Positions 7,068 through 15,445 of a stretch of 45,455 nucleotides of DNA are shown in pieces. The translations under genes and the position numbers were made by a program. The first letter of the stretch is position 1. Each line of letters starts with the position of its first letter. This DNA is from a virus, in IMG/VR virus record IMGVR_UViG_3300028840_002886; one strand, written 5' to 3'. Under the pieces are notes generated by a model. The model made no database searches. It had not been told where the DNA came from and was given only the letters and a program-made list of their open reading frames with translations.

Positions 7068-9218
7068 ATGACTGTAAGTACGGAAACTATTGAATATCAA
7101 GACTTCCTGCAAAGCAAGGCGATAGATTTTGAGCCTGAAGGTTTGAAGGTTGATTCTGTTAATAAGTCATTATTTGACTGGCAGGCAGATGTAACTATCA
7201 GGGCTTTGAACAGGCAGGTCTTTTGTCTGTTTGAGGATTGTGGGCTTGGCAAAACACCTCAAGAGTTGGCTTGGGCTTATGAGGTTCTAAGGCACCGTGG
7301 GCATGTTCTAATCGTCACACCGTTGTCAGTTGCTCCCCAAACCGTTGAAATGGAGCAAGAGCTTTGTGGTATTGAGTCGGAGTATCGCAGAGACGGCCAG
7401 CGGTCACAAACAGGTATTACAGTTACCAATTACGAAATGCTCGGTAATTTCTGTCCTGATGATTATGCCGGAATCGTGGTTGATGAAAGCTCTATACTCA
7501 AGAGTTATACGGGCAAGGTCAAAAAGCAGATAGTTGATTTTGCCGAGGGGATTCCGTTTAAGCTGGCAGGTACCGCAACACCAGCTCCGAATGATTATAT
7601 GGAGCTGCTTAACCATGCCGCATATTTACAGGTTATGCAGAGTCATGAGGCACTGTTGATATGGTTTATCAACGATTCGATGTCAGCCGGCACTTATCGT
7701 TTGAAAAAACACGCCGAGCAGGACTTTTGGCGATGGGTATCGACTTGGGCGGTATGTATTACAAAGCCAAGCGATATTGGATATAGCGACGATGGATACG
7801 AATTACCGCCACTACAGGTCGAAGATTTTATCGTTCCCGTTGACTGGTCAGAGCCGACTGAAGGTCTTTTGTTCAGACAACCGGAATTAAGTGCGACATC
7901 TTATCATAAAGAAAAACGCCTCACTGCTAAATCACGAGCCGAAAAAACAGCAGACTTAGTACGGGAGTCGAATGGTCAGCATGTTGTCTGGTGTGAGACG
8001 AACCAAGAAGCTGATGAGAATTATTATCAGGCCATCCGTAGGTTCTATCGATATGGCCAGCCAAATCAAGTCAACGTCAATCGTATTATCGGCGAAACAG
8101 AAAAGCAAATCATAGACATTGTCAACGGCAAGGAATCACAACACAGGGCAATGAAAAAAAGAATGATTGCCATTGCCAAAAACTATCAAACAGCCAATAA
8201 GGATATTAGATTCAAGATGGACTATGAGCCTGATGAGGTGAACATCGGGGATGCAAGGCTTCTCAGGGGTGATTGTGTTGAGGAAATCAAAGAGATACCA
8301 GACAGATCCATCGGCTTTTCAATTTTCAGTCCACCATTTAGTAATCTTTATATCTACAGCGATTCGTATCGGGATATGGGCAATTGTAAAAGTGATGAGG
8401 AATTCTTACAGAATTTCGAATATCTCATACCCGAGATTTATCGAATCACAATGAACGGCCGTCTGTGTGTGGTTCATTGTAAGGACCTGATGAAATACAA
8501 AAACAGGGATGGTGTTGCAGGGTTAAAGGATTTTCCCGGCGAGATAATCAGACTGTTTGAGAAATACGGCTGGTCCTATCATTCAAGAGTAACTATCTGG
8601 AAGGACCCCGTTATCGAAATGCAGCGGACTAAATCTCATGGTCTGCTGTATAAACAACTGTGCAAGGACAGTACATACTCACGGCAGGGATGCCCTGATT
8701 ATCTCGTTGTTTTCCGCAAGTGGGCTGATGAGAACGATTCACCAGTAACAACAGGTGGGGAGAGGTTTGACTCTTATGTGGGCGATGAGAGTGTTGTAAG
8801 GATGGGTCTGGCGGTCGCTGGAGCTCCGAAGGGCAGAAAGGAAGCTATCGGCAGCAATAGTGATAAAAGAGGCTACTCAATCCACGTATGGCAACGATAC
8901 GCAAGTCCGGTGTGGTTTGATATTCAGCAGACAAACGTTCTTAACATTCGGGCAGCTCGTGATGACAAAGACGAAAAGCATATCTGTCCACTTCAGCTCG
9001 ATGTTATTGAACATGCGGTCAAACTCTGGAGCAATGAGGGTGATACTGTATTCAGTCCTTTTTTAGGCATCGGTTCAGAGGGTTACATTTCGATTAAAAC
9101 TGGCCGGAAATTTGTAGGGATTGAACTTAAGGATTCATACTTCGAACAGGCCGTGAAGAACATTCGCCAGGCCTGTAATGAAGTTAACGAAAATACGCTG
9201 TTTGGTGAAATGCTATGA
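7068..9218 (+). CDS. Fusion of an SNF2/DEAD-like ATPase (second lobe appears internally deleted) and a beta-class N6A/N4C DNA methyltransferase
   Basis: DCGLGKT, VVDESS and LAGTATPAPN, then WCETNQEADE-NYYQAIRRFYRYGQ. C-terminal FSIFSPPF (motif IV) comes before FSPFLGIGSEG (motif I). Confidence 0.8.
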   Translation: MTVSTETIEYQDFLQSKAIDFEPEGLKVDSVNKSLFDWQADVTIRALNRQVFCLFEDCGLGKTPQELAWAYEVLRHRGHVLIVTPLSVAPQTVEMEQELCGIESEYRRDGQRSQTGITVTNYEMLGNFCPDDYAGIVVDESSILKSYTGKVKKQIVDFAEGIPFKLAGTATPAPNDYMELLNHAAYLQVMQSHEALLIWFINDSMSAGTYRLKKHAEQDFWRWVSTWAVCITKPSDIGYSDDGYELPPLQVEDFIVPVDWSEPTEGLLFRQPELSATSYHKEKRLTAKSRAEKTADLVRESNGQHVVWCETNQEADENYYQAIRRFYRYGQPNQVNVNRIIGETEKQIIDIVNGKESQHRAMKKRMIAIAKNYQTANKDIRFKMDYEPDEVNIGDARLLRGDCVEEIKEIPDRSIGFSIFSPPFSNLYIYSDSYRDMGNCKSDEEFLQNFEYLIPEIYRITMNGRLCVVHCKDLMKYKNRDGVAGLKDFPGEIIRLFEKYGWSYHSRVTIWKDPVIEMQRTKSHGLLYKQLCKDSTYSRQGCPDYLVVFRKWADENDSPVTTGGERFDSYVGDESVVRMGLAVAGAPKGRKEAIGSNSDKRGYSIHVWQRYASPVWFDIQQTNVLNIRAARDDKDEKHICPLQLDVIEHAVKLWSNEGDTVFSPFLGIGSEGYISIKTGRKFVGIELKDSYFEQAVKNIRQACNEVNENTLFGEML

Positions 9219-9430
9219 ACGAAGTGTTTGGAACAATCTCGATGATATTAGCGGTCGTTGGTGTTTTACTCAATAACCGCAAAATGATTAGTTGTTTCTA
9301 CGTGTGGATTGTTAGCAACCTCATTTCGGCTTACCTGCACTTTGACGCAGAGATTTATAGCCTATTAGTCAGGGACTTGATTTTCCTTGTGCTGGCTTTC
9401 GAGGGTGTCATGAAGTGGAGCAAAAAATAA
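9215..9430 (+). CDS. Small integral membrane protein (2-3 TM)
   Basis: 71 aa, hydrophobic throughout. Start overlaps the upstream stop. Confidence 0.5.
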   Translation: MNEVFGTISMILAVVGVLLNNRKMISCFYVWIVSNLISAYLHFDAEIYSLLVRDLIFLVLAFEGVMKWSKK

Positions 9431-10189
9431 ATGGCTAAAATAGATTATGTTCAATTAGAACCCAAAGCATTTTTAGCTGACCTGATAGCAATGACTACGG
9501 TCGAAAGTGGTGCTTATGCAAGGCTGGTTTTGTATCTTTATAACAATAAAGGTCAGTGCAAAAACGACCCAAATGTCATTAAGCAAATCTGTGGCAATCC
9601 TCGAAATTTCGACTCGATCTGGAACAACATTAAACATAAATTTCAGGTTAACGGAGCATCAATTGTTCAAAAACGTGTAACACAAGAGTTACAAGAAGCG
9701 GAGCGTAGAGTTGCACTCAAAACAGAGCGAGCAAAGAAAGCGAGTGCGGCCAGATGGGGCAAAAACGGCGATTTTGAGGATTTAGAGGATAGCTCAAGTA
9801 CTGCACAAGCATTGCATACGGATAGCGTAAGCAATGCCAATGGTAATGGTAATATAAATGGTAATAATAATACCCCCCCTATATCCCCCCCAAAGTCAGG
9901 GGTTTTTTTTAATTTTGAAACAGCTCAATTTGAAGGAATCGGTAACGACAAAAAGACCCAGTGGGCAGTCGCCTTCCCAGCTGTTGACATTGACTTGGAG
10001 CTTAAGCGTGCTGCTTTGTGGGCTTCGGATAATCCTGCGAAACGGAAAAGTAACTGGGGAAGATTTTTAACTAATTGGCTCAAGAGAACTCAAGAGCGAG
10101 GTGGAAATAGAAATGGTGGACGAAGTTCAAACAATCGGACAAATTTTAACCAGCAAAAATCCCAGATTGGCGAAACAGTCGAAGCCTAA
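9431..10189 (+). CDS. DUF1376-type replication/primosome-recruitment protein
   Basis: 252 aa. N-terminus ...FLADLIAMTTVESGAYARLVLYLY matches the DUF1376 pattern. Low-complexity linker. Sits upstream of the DnaC-like loader. Confidence 0.6.
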   Translation: MAKIDYVQLEPKAFLADLIAMTTVESGAYARLVLYLYNNKGQCKNDPNVIKQICGNPRNFDSIWNNIKHKFQVNGASIVQKRVTQELQEAERRVALKTERAKKASAARWGKNGDFEDLEDSSSTAQALHTDSVSNANGNGNINGNNNTPPISPPKSGVFFNFETAQFEGIGNDKKTQWAVAFPAVDIDLELKRAALWASDNPAKRKSNWGRFLTNWLKRTQERGGNRNGGRSSNNRTNFNQQKSQIGETVEA

Positions 10190-10889
10190 AGCTGGCAGAT
10201 GTCAGTGTGGTGCATTGATTAAACCTACTGAAATTGCTGGTAGATGGTTTGTCCATGATAAATGCGAAGCATGTGCAGAGATTCATAAGGCACAGCAGGC
10301 GAAACAATCATTACGCCAAGCAAGGAAGACTAAAGCCGCACGGATGCGGCGTGCCTTAAGTGATGTAATCCCACCTTTGTTTGCAGCTGCTCATATCAGA
10401 GATTTAAGCAATCCGTTTTTAGTGAAAGTTTTTGAGCATAGAGATTATCAAGGCTTGCTGCTTTGGGGAAGCCCGGGCGTTGGTAAGACTTATGCTATGG
10501 CTGCGTTAGCAAGATTTTATATTTTACGTAAGAAAAAATGCAAACGCATAAGCTATGAAAATCTCTGCCTGCAAATCAGAGACACTTACAAACCGAGTTC
10601 CAAAAAGACTGAACTCGATGTTATCAAACCTTTGGTTGATTGTGATTGCCTTTTCCTTGAGGACCTTGGAACTACTGTGTCGGTTGGTCAGCAGGAAAGT
10701 GATTTTAGTTTGCGTACTTTTCTGGTTTTGCTTGACAGCAGGCTTGAGGCTTGCAGGCCCACATTCATCACAACTAACAAGAGCGTGGAAAGTCTGGGGA
10801 TAAGTTTCGATGAGCGTGTCGCAAGCAGGCTGCATTATTTCAAAGTGCTGGAAGTATCTGGGAGCGATAAGCGGAGTATTGATAGATGA
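10101..10889 (+). CDS. DnaC/IstB-like AAA+ helicase loader
   Basis: Walker A GSPGVGKT, Walker B CLFLEDLG. Start uncertain (10101 or 10113; overlaps the upstream gene). Confidence 0.8.
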   Translation: MEIEMVDEVQTIGQILTSKNPRLAKQSKPKAGRCQCGALIKPTEIAGRWFVHDKCEACAEIHKAQQAKQSLRQARKTKAARMRRALSDVIPPLFAAAHIRDLSNPFLVKVFEHRDYQGLLLWGSPGVGKTYAMAALARFYILRKKKCKRISYENLCLQIRDTYKPSSKKTELDVIKPLVDCDCLFLEDLGTTVSVGQQESDFSLRTFLVLLDSRLEACRPTFITTNKSVESLGISFDERVASRLHYFKVLEVSGSDKRSIDR

Positions 10890-10963
10890 GTTTTTTAATC
10901 GGTTTTTGGTGTGGCGGTATCCTGATGTTTCTTGTCATTGCGATTTTGAGAATGAGTAAATGA
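10886..10963 (+). CDS. Possible 25-aa transmembrane peptide
   Basis: MSFLIGFWCGGILMFLVIAILRMSK, with ATGA overlaps at both ends. Confidence 0.25.
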   Translation: MSFLIGFWCGGILMFLVIAILRMSK

Positions 10964-11136
10964 AAATTAGATGTGAAATATGCCTTGGGTATGGATACGA
11001 GGGGACTTACCCGCACACCGCAAGAGATTGCTCTTCATGCGGCGGTAAGGGACATAAAAGAATCAGTGTGAAAGATTATATCTTTTTGAAATTCGGATTG
11101 TATCTACGTGAGTTAGTGAGGAAATACAGTGACTAA
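10960..11136 (+). CDS. 58-aa DnaJ-type (CxxCxGxG) zinc-finger protein
   Basis: CEICLGYG ... CSSCGGKG. ATGA overlap with the upstream mini-ORF. Below the ORF-track cutoff. Confidence 0.5.
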   Translation: MKIRCEICLGYGYEGTYPHTARDCSSCGGKGHKRISVKDYIFLKFGLYLRELVRKYSD

Positions 11137-11659
11137 GATGGGCTTTGAGACAAATAAGCGAATAGTTAAGGTCATGAATAATCAGCGTGTAACCGCTGTG
11201 TTCAATGGCCGCAAGTGCTATTTCCGCTCAAAGTTCGAATATCACTGGGCATTGTATCTACAGTTCCTGCTTAAATGCAGCAAGATATTGGATTGGTTCT
11301 ATGAGCCTGACCTGTTCATATTTAAGGGTGAAATAACCGCACCTGTTCAGTATCGGCCAGACTTCAAAGTTATTGACACTATGGACGGGATGTTTCCGGA
11401 TGGCATCACAGTTTATCAGGAGTGTAAGGGTTATCATGACGGCTCAGCAAATGCGAAGCTTCAGAGAATGGCCAAGCATTTCCCAGACGTAATAATGGAG
11501 CTGGTCCTTCAGAGGCTCCCGAGGTTCAACAAAACGAAGGGAGTTAATCGCAGGCGGGTCGCTGAAAAATACACACACAGGATTATAGATGCTTCGGTAA
11601 TTTTCAACCAACTCAAAGGCGTTATCAACTTTGATGTTTCAAAGTTGAGGGAACTATAA
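11129..11659 (+). CDS. PD-(D/E)XK nuclease (DUF1064/TnsA-N-like), candidate junction resolvase
   Basis: RSKFEYHWALYL ... YRPDFKV ... YQECKG gives an E / PD / ExK arrangement. GTG 11129 or ATG 11138 as start. Confidence 0.55.
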   Translation: MTKMGFETNKRIVKVMNNQRVTAVFNGRKCYFRSKFEYHWALYLQFLLKCSKILDWFYEPDLFIFKGEITAPVQYRPDFKVIDTMDGMFPDGITVYQECKGYHDGSANAKLQRMAKHFPDVIMELVLQRLPRFNKTKGVNRRRVAEKYTHRIIDASVIFNQLKGVINFDVSKLREL

Positions 11660-11685
11660 ATCATTTTTTTACAAGGAGATTAAAA

Positions 11686-12537
11686 ATGCAAGAATTAAAA
11701 GTAACTGGAAAGGACATCGTTAATGAGTTCATTAGCCATGTCCAAGAAGGCAGCGAACATATCATTGATATTGCTCGTGAAACCTTAGGAGAGGGCAAAG
11801 GTGATAAGTTGACTTTTGCCATGCAGAAACGGCAGCTTCAGCCTGAACAGCCCAAGCCACTTGTTCGGAAAGAAAGCCCGAAAAGAGCACACAAGTTTTA
11901 CAGTGTGGGAAGTTTTGTTGATTATCTTTTGAAGTATAAAACACAAAACACTGTAGTACTTGCCGATGTCGAAAAGAACACCATAGCGGCCGTCCTTGAT
12001 GAAAAGGCAGATAAGGGTTTTGAGGTCATTGAGTTTCAACCGCAGATCCACCCTCTATTTGCTCCATGGCAACACAGGATAATTGGCAAAGAACTTGAGA
12101 TTAAAGGATTTGCTTTGTTTTTGCAGCAGAACAAAAAAACGATTCTGTCACCGGATGCAAAAGAACTGACAATGTTTTTTAGTCAGATAAGGGCTTCTCA
12201 AAAAATCAATATGCACAAAGGTATCGGCAATGGTTCGATAAATGGCCTAACGTGCGAATTGACCATCATGGGCAAACATGAGAATCAGGAAGTTGAGTTG
12301 CCTGAAACCATTAAGCTGAATGTTCCGGTTTATATCGACACACCAGAGCAAGAAATTGACGTTGACATAATCCTGGCTGCAAGCAATACCGAAGTGTTAG
12401 TTTGTTGCAGCAGCTCAGGACTTGACGTCCATAAAGTTAAAGCCTTCGAGGGTATGATTTCCAAAGTTCGTGAAGTTGAGGGACTCGTTGTCGGCTTTGG
12501 CTCTGTGGATACCGAAGAATGGGAATATCTGAGATAA
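11686..12537 (+). CDS. Hypothetical protein (possibly DUF2303/YfdQ-like)
   Basis: 283-aa ORF with a GGAG RBS. The family guess rests only on weak pattern memory. Confidence 0.5.
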   Translation: MQELKVTGKDIVNEFISHVQEGSEHIIDIARETLGEGKGDKLTFAMQKRQLQPEQPKPLVRKESPKRAHKFYSVGSFVDYLLKYKTQNTVVLADVEKNTIAAVLDEKADKGFEVIEFQPQIHPLFAPWQHRIIGKELEIKGFALFLQQNKKTILSPDAKELTMFFSQIRASQKINMHKGIGNGSINGLTCELTIMGKHENQEVELPETIKLNVPVYIDTPEQEIDVDIILAASNTEVLVCCSSSGLDVHKVKAFEGMISKVREVEGLVVGFGSVDTEEWEYLR

Positions 12538-12584
12538 CGGATATTCGAACCCGAAGCTATTAACTCACAATGGAAAGGAATCGT

Positions 12585-13007
12585 ATGAGTAAAAATAATT
12601 TGAAACAAGTTACTGTTGAGTCAATCGATGAAGGCAGGTTTATGCAGGACATTAACGAGGCTCTTGAAAATCTACAGGAGCACATTATCGCATTCAGTGA
12701 CAAACACGGAATAAAAGCCAAAAACGCCAAGGCCAAATTGACCATCGAAGTCGTAATTGGCTGTATAGCACCTGAAGATGGTGCGTTTGCATTTGGCACT
12801 CAAGTCAAACAGAGCCTGCCATCACCGCCTGCGAAACTTACACTTGCTATGGCAGCCAGTGCGGAAAACAACAAGCCGAGGCTTTTTGCCCGAGCTTCAG
12901 GTACCGGTAAAGATTCACCTGTTCAGAGGGTTCTTTGTACAGAAGATGGACATTCAATAGACCCCGACACGGGTGAAGTGCTGAATGAGGAAATGGTTGG
13001 TTCTTAA
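12585..13007 (+). CDS. Hypothetical protein
   Basis: ATG 12585 is preceded by AAGGA (the ORF is open from 12570). Confidence 0.5.
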   Translation: MSKNNLKQVTVESIDEGRFMQDINEALENLQEHIIAFSDKHGIKAKNAKAKLTIEVVIGCIAPEDGAFAFGTQVKQSLPSPPAKLTLAMAASAENNKPRLFARASGTGKDSPVQRVLCTEDGHSIDPDTGEVLNEEMVGS

Positions 13008-13080
13008 CAAGGACGTGAAGGTTTCTTGGCCGTGGGTTTAGGGCTGGTATGGAAGCCAGCCCAGCCCACGAATAAAAAAA

Positions 13081-13314
13081 ATGAAGATAGCAGAAACAAA
13101 AAACCGGCTTACAGAAGGGCAGAAATTCAGAACTGTTCTAACGCTTAGAAAATTGCTGCCTATGGCAAAAAAGGCCTCTGAGTATTTTACGTTTGAACCG
13201 GACAATTTGATTGAAGGCGTGCAGTTACTTGATGAATTGGAATTTGAGGAAGTTGACCCAGTAGTAGCTGAAGCAGTGAGAAGGCACAGGAAGCTTGAAG
13301 AAAAATTGAAGTAA
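13081..13314 (+). CDS. Hypothetical protein
   Basis: 77-aa ORF. Confidence 0.45.
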   Translation: MKIAETKNRLTEGQKFRTVLTLRKLLPMAKKASEYFTFEPDNLIEGVQLLDELEFEEVDPVVAEAVRRHRKLEEKLK

Positions 13315-13330
13315 TTTGAAAGGATTAGTT

Positions 13331-13537
13331 ATGACCGAGAACAAAACAGGATTGAGCAAAAAAACAAATGTGGCAATGACCGCAGCTGGTTGTTTTGGCT
13401 TGGTAGGCACAGCTACTAATGACTGGAGAGTAGAGCTGGCTGCAATAATAGCTGCTGGCGTTGTCGCTTTAGTGGCTATCATTTTTCAGGCCGTAATCGA
13501 CCAGAAAGAATTGGACACTAAGGGGGTTGACAAATGA
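13331..13537 (+). CDS. Small membrane protein, holin-like
   Basis: 68 aa from ATG 13331. Two hydrophobic segments and a charged C-terminus. Confidence 0.45.
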   Translation: MTENKTGLSKKTNVAMTAAGCFGLVGTATNDWRVELAAIIAAGVVALVAIIFQAVIDQKELDTKGVDK

Positions 13538-13989
13538 AACGATTACTTATCTTCACAATTCTGCTGATTGCTGGTTGTCAGCAGTCTATGATTCGTTTTT
13601 CAGAGAATGACCCAAATATACCAATTGAATATCGTGGTAAAGCTGCTGATACGATTGCTGAACAGATTGCGGATAATCAAAAGACCGCTACTGCCAGAGT
13701 GGCTGAGACCCAAAAGCATAATGCCTGGTTGTATGCTGGCTTAGTGATAGCGTTTGTCGGAGGTCTTGTTTTTTGGGGCTTTACTCGCAGTCGCTACGGT
13801 TTTGTGATACCTGCGTCTTGTGCTGTGGGCTTAGGATTGATAACCGCCTTTGCCAAGTTTGCTGAATGGATTGCATTGGGTGTATTGGTTATAGGTTTAG
13901 GATTATTGATTTGGAAATCAGTCGAATATCAAAGAGAACGTAATGAAATTTTTAAACAAAGATTAGGAGACTCAAATTATGAAAATTAA
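13534..13989 (+). CDS. Lipoprotein with C-terminal TM helices (unimolecular-spanin-like topology)
   Basis: MKRLLIFTILLIAGC lipobox, a soluble middle and hydrophobic helices in the last ~70 aa. ATGA overlap upstream. Confidence 0.5.
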   Translation: MKRLLIFTILLIAGCQQSMIRFSENDPNIPIEYRGKAADTIAEQIADNQKTATARVAETQKHNAWLYAGLVIAFVGGLVFWGFTRSRYGFVIPASCAVGLGLITAFAKFAEWIALGVLVIGLGLLIWKSVEYQRERNEIFKQRLGDSNYEN

Positions 13990-14353
13990 AGATTTTTTCA
14001 AAAGCCAATGGCAACTATATACTGTCCAGATTGTAGGTGCTGGGTTATTGATTCCGGCGTTCGCATTGGCTGTTATTGCAGCCAGAAGTGGAAACATTAA
14101 CCTCGCATATACTGCGTGGATTGTGTTAGCTGTAATTGGCATTCTTGACCTTTACATAATCCGTGAAGCGAAACAAAAAGATATTCAAACCGTTACTATC
14201 ACTCGTTGGATTCGTAACCTTTTACCCAAAAAAGCAGACAATGTGATTATGTTCGGTTTCATAGGTGTAGTGTGGTGGTTAGCAGGTCCTTTGTATGCTC
14301 TGTTTTACATGCACGGGTTTCTGAATGACCACTTCAATGAGAACAGGGATTAA
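13979..14353 (+). CDS. Integral membrane protein (about 3 TM)
   Basis: 124-aa ORF that overlaps the upstream gene. Confidence 0.5.
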   Translation: MKIKDFFKSQWQLYTVQIVGAGLLIPAFALAVIAARSGNINLAYTAWIVLAVIGILDLYIIREAKQKDIQTVTITRWIRNLLPKKADNVIMFGFIGVVWWLAGPLYALFYMHGFLNDHFNENRD

Positions 14354-14370
14354 AACTTTTTTCTTTGTCG

Positions 14371-14402
14371 ACTCCGCCTGAACGGATGCGGGCGGAGTTT
14401 TT
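14371..14402 (+). terminator. Rho-independent terminator
   Basis: ACTCCGCC (14371-14378) pairs with GGCGGAGT (14391-14398), followed by a T run. Confidence 0.8.
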
Positions 14403-14421
14403 GAAACTAAAAAGGTGAAAA

Positions 14422-14529
14422 ATGACAATTGGAACTCGTGAATGGTCAAAGTATAGTCAGAATATTCAACTTGGATGCTCTAACGGTTGTAGGTATTGCT
14501 ACGCCCGATATGAAGATGTTTATCGTTAA
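14422..14529 (+). pseudogene. 35-codon remnant of a radical-SAM (CxxxCxxC) gene N-terminus
   Basis: GGTG RBS then ATG. MTIGTREWSKYSQNIQLGCSNGCRYCYARYEDVYR followed by a stop. GC..GC.YCYAR matches the N-terminal cluster-binding loop of SplB-like radical-SAM proteins. Confidence 0.4.
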
Positions 14530-14545
14530 GAGAGGTGGTGTCCTA

Positions 14546-14971
14546 ATGGTATACGGCAATCGAATAGAAAAATGTTTTCATTGTGGTAAAGAATATATTT
14601 GTGGCGATTGCGTAACTAATATTTGTCCAGATTGCGAAAAGGCCGGACATAGAGGGCTCTTTTTGAATTGCCCTATATGCCTTAAGGATAATGCAATTGA
14701 AGCATCGGCATCCATTGAAGATTTGGAAAAGAAAAATAAATACCTCGAATCTGAAGTGGGCAAACTTCAAGCCGAACTGAATAAGCATCGCTGGATACCT
14801 GTGTCAGAGAGATTGCCGGAAAAGAATGGTAGGTATTGGGTAACGGATAACATCACGGCATGGGTAAGTCATTTTTCAATATATACAGGTGTGTTTTCGT
14901 ATGAAAAGTTTCTTATAGGTTACTGGAAACCAATAATCCTGCCTAAAGGTAAGGTGGACTATGAAGCCTAA
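14546..14971 (+). CDS. Zinc-ribbon / coiled-coil / DUF551-domain protein
   Basis: ATG 14546 after AGAGGTGG (the ORF is open from 14429). CFHCG...CPDC...CPIC. C-terminal HRWIPVSERLPEKNGRYWV is the DUF551 pattern. Confidence 0.6.
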   Translation: MVYGNRIEKCFHCGKEYICGDCVTNICPDCEKAGHRGLFLNCPICLKDNAIEASASIEDLEKKNKYLESEVGKLQAELNKHRWIPVSERLPEKNGRYWVTDNITAWVSHFSIYTGVFSYEKFLIGYWKPIILPKGKVDYEA

Positions 14972-15278
14972 ACGAATCCAGAGAAAACGCACTAAGGGCT
15001 GGCGTATGCCACCGAATACTGTCTATGTTGGTAGGCCAAGTAAGTGGGGAAATCCGTTTAGAGTTGGCGAACCGCCATTCGAATTCGGTGGAATTAAAAT
15101 TGTAACAATAAAAGGAGTGATACGTGCATATCGTGCGTATGTAAATGGCAGATTATATTTCAATTCGCACTATTTAGACGAACTCAAGGGCAAAAACCTT
15201 GCTTGCTGGTGTCCATTAGATAAACCGTGTCATGCTAACGTTTTATTGGAGATAGCGAACAATGAGAAGTCAAGCTGA
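14961..15278 (+). CDS. DUF4326-domain protein
   Basis: GRPSKWGNPF ... LKGKNLACWCPLDKPCHANVLLEIA. Confidence 0.7.
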   Translation: MKPKRIQRKRTKGWRMPPNTVYVGRPSKWGNPFRVGEPPFEFGGIKIVTIKGVIRAYRAYVNGRLYFNSHYLDELKGKNLACWCPLDKPCHANVLLEIANNEKSS

Positions 15279-15429
15279 TTTACAAGAGATGTTATTGGAT
15301 TTGCTTAACCTCGATAGTGGGCTAAGCGAATGGGAAGTTAATTTCATCGATGATATGAGCAAACGAGCTGATTTGTTCACGCCAAACATGGCAAATAAAA
15401 TCGAAGAGCTTTGGAATAAGCATTTTTAA
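15262..15429 (+). CDS. Possible 55-aa protein
   Basis: ATG 15262. MRSQADLQEMLLDLLNLDSGLSEWEVNFIDDMSKRADLFTPNMANKIEELWNKHF. Fills an otherwise unassigned gap. Confidence 0.4.
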   Translation: MRSQADLQEMLLDLLNLDSGLSEWEVNFIDDMSKRADLFTPNMANKIEELWNKHF

Positions 15430-15445
15430 GAAAGCGAGGTAAGTT

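Noticed and set aside
13030-13069. GC-rich imperfect hairpin (CGTGGG..GGGCTGG / CCAGCCC..CCCACG) after ORF 12585-13007, considered as a terminator
   Set aside because: It is followed by an A run rather than a T run on the coding strand, so it does not fit an intrinsic terminator for the + strand operon.
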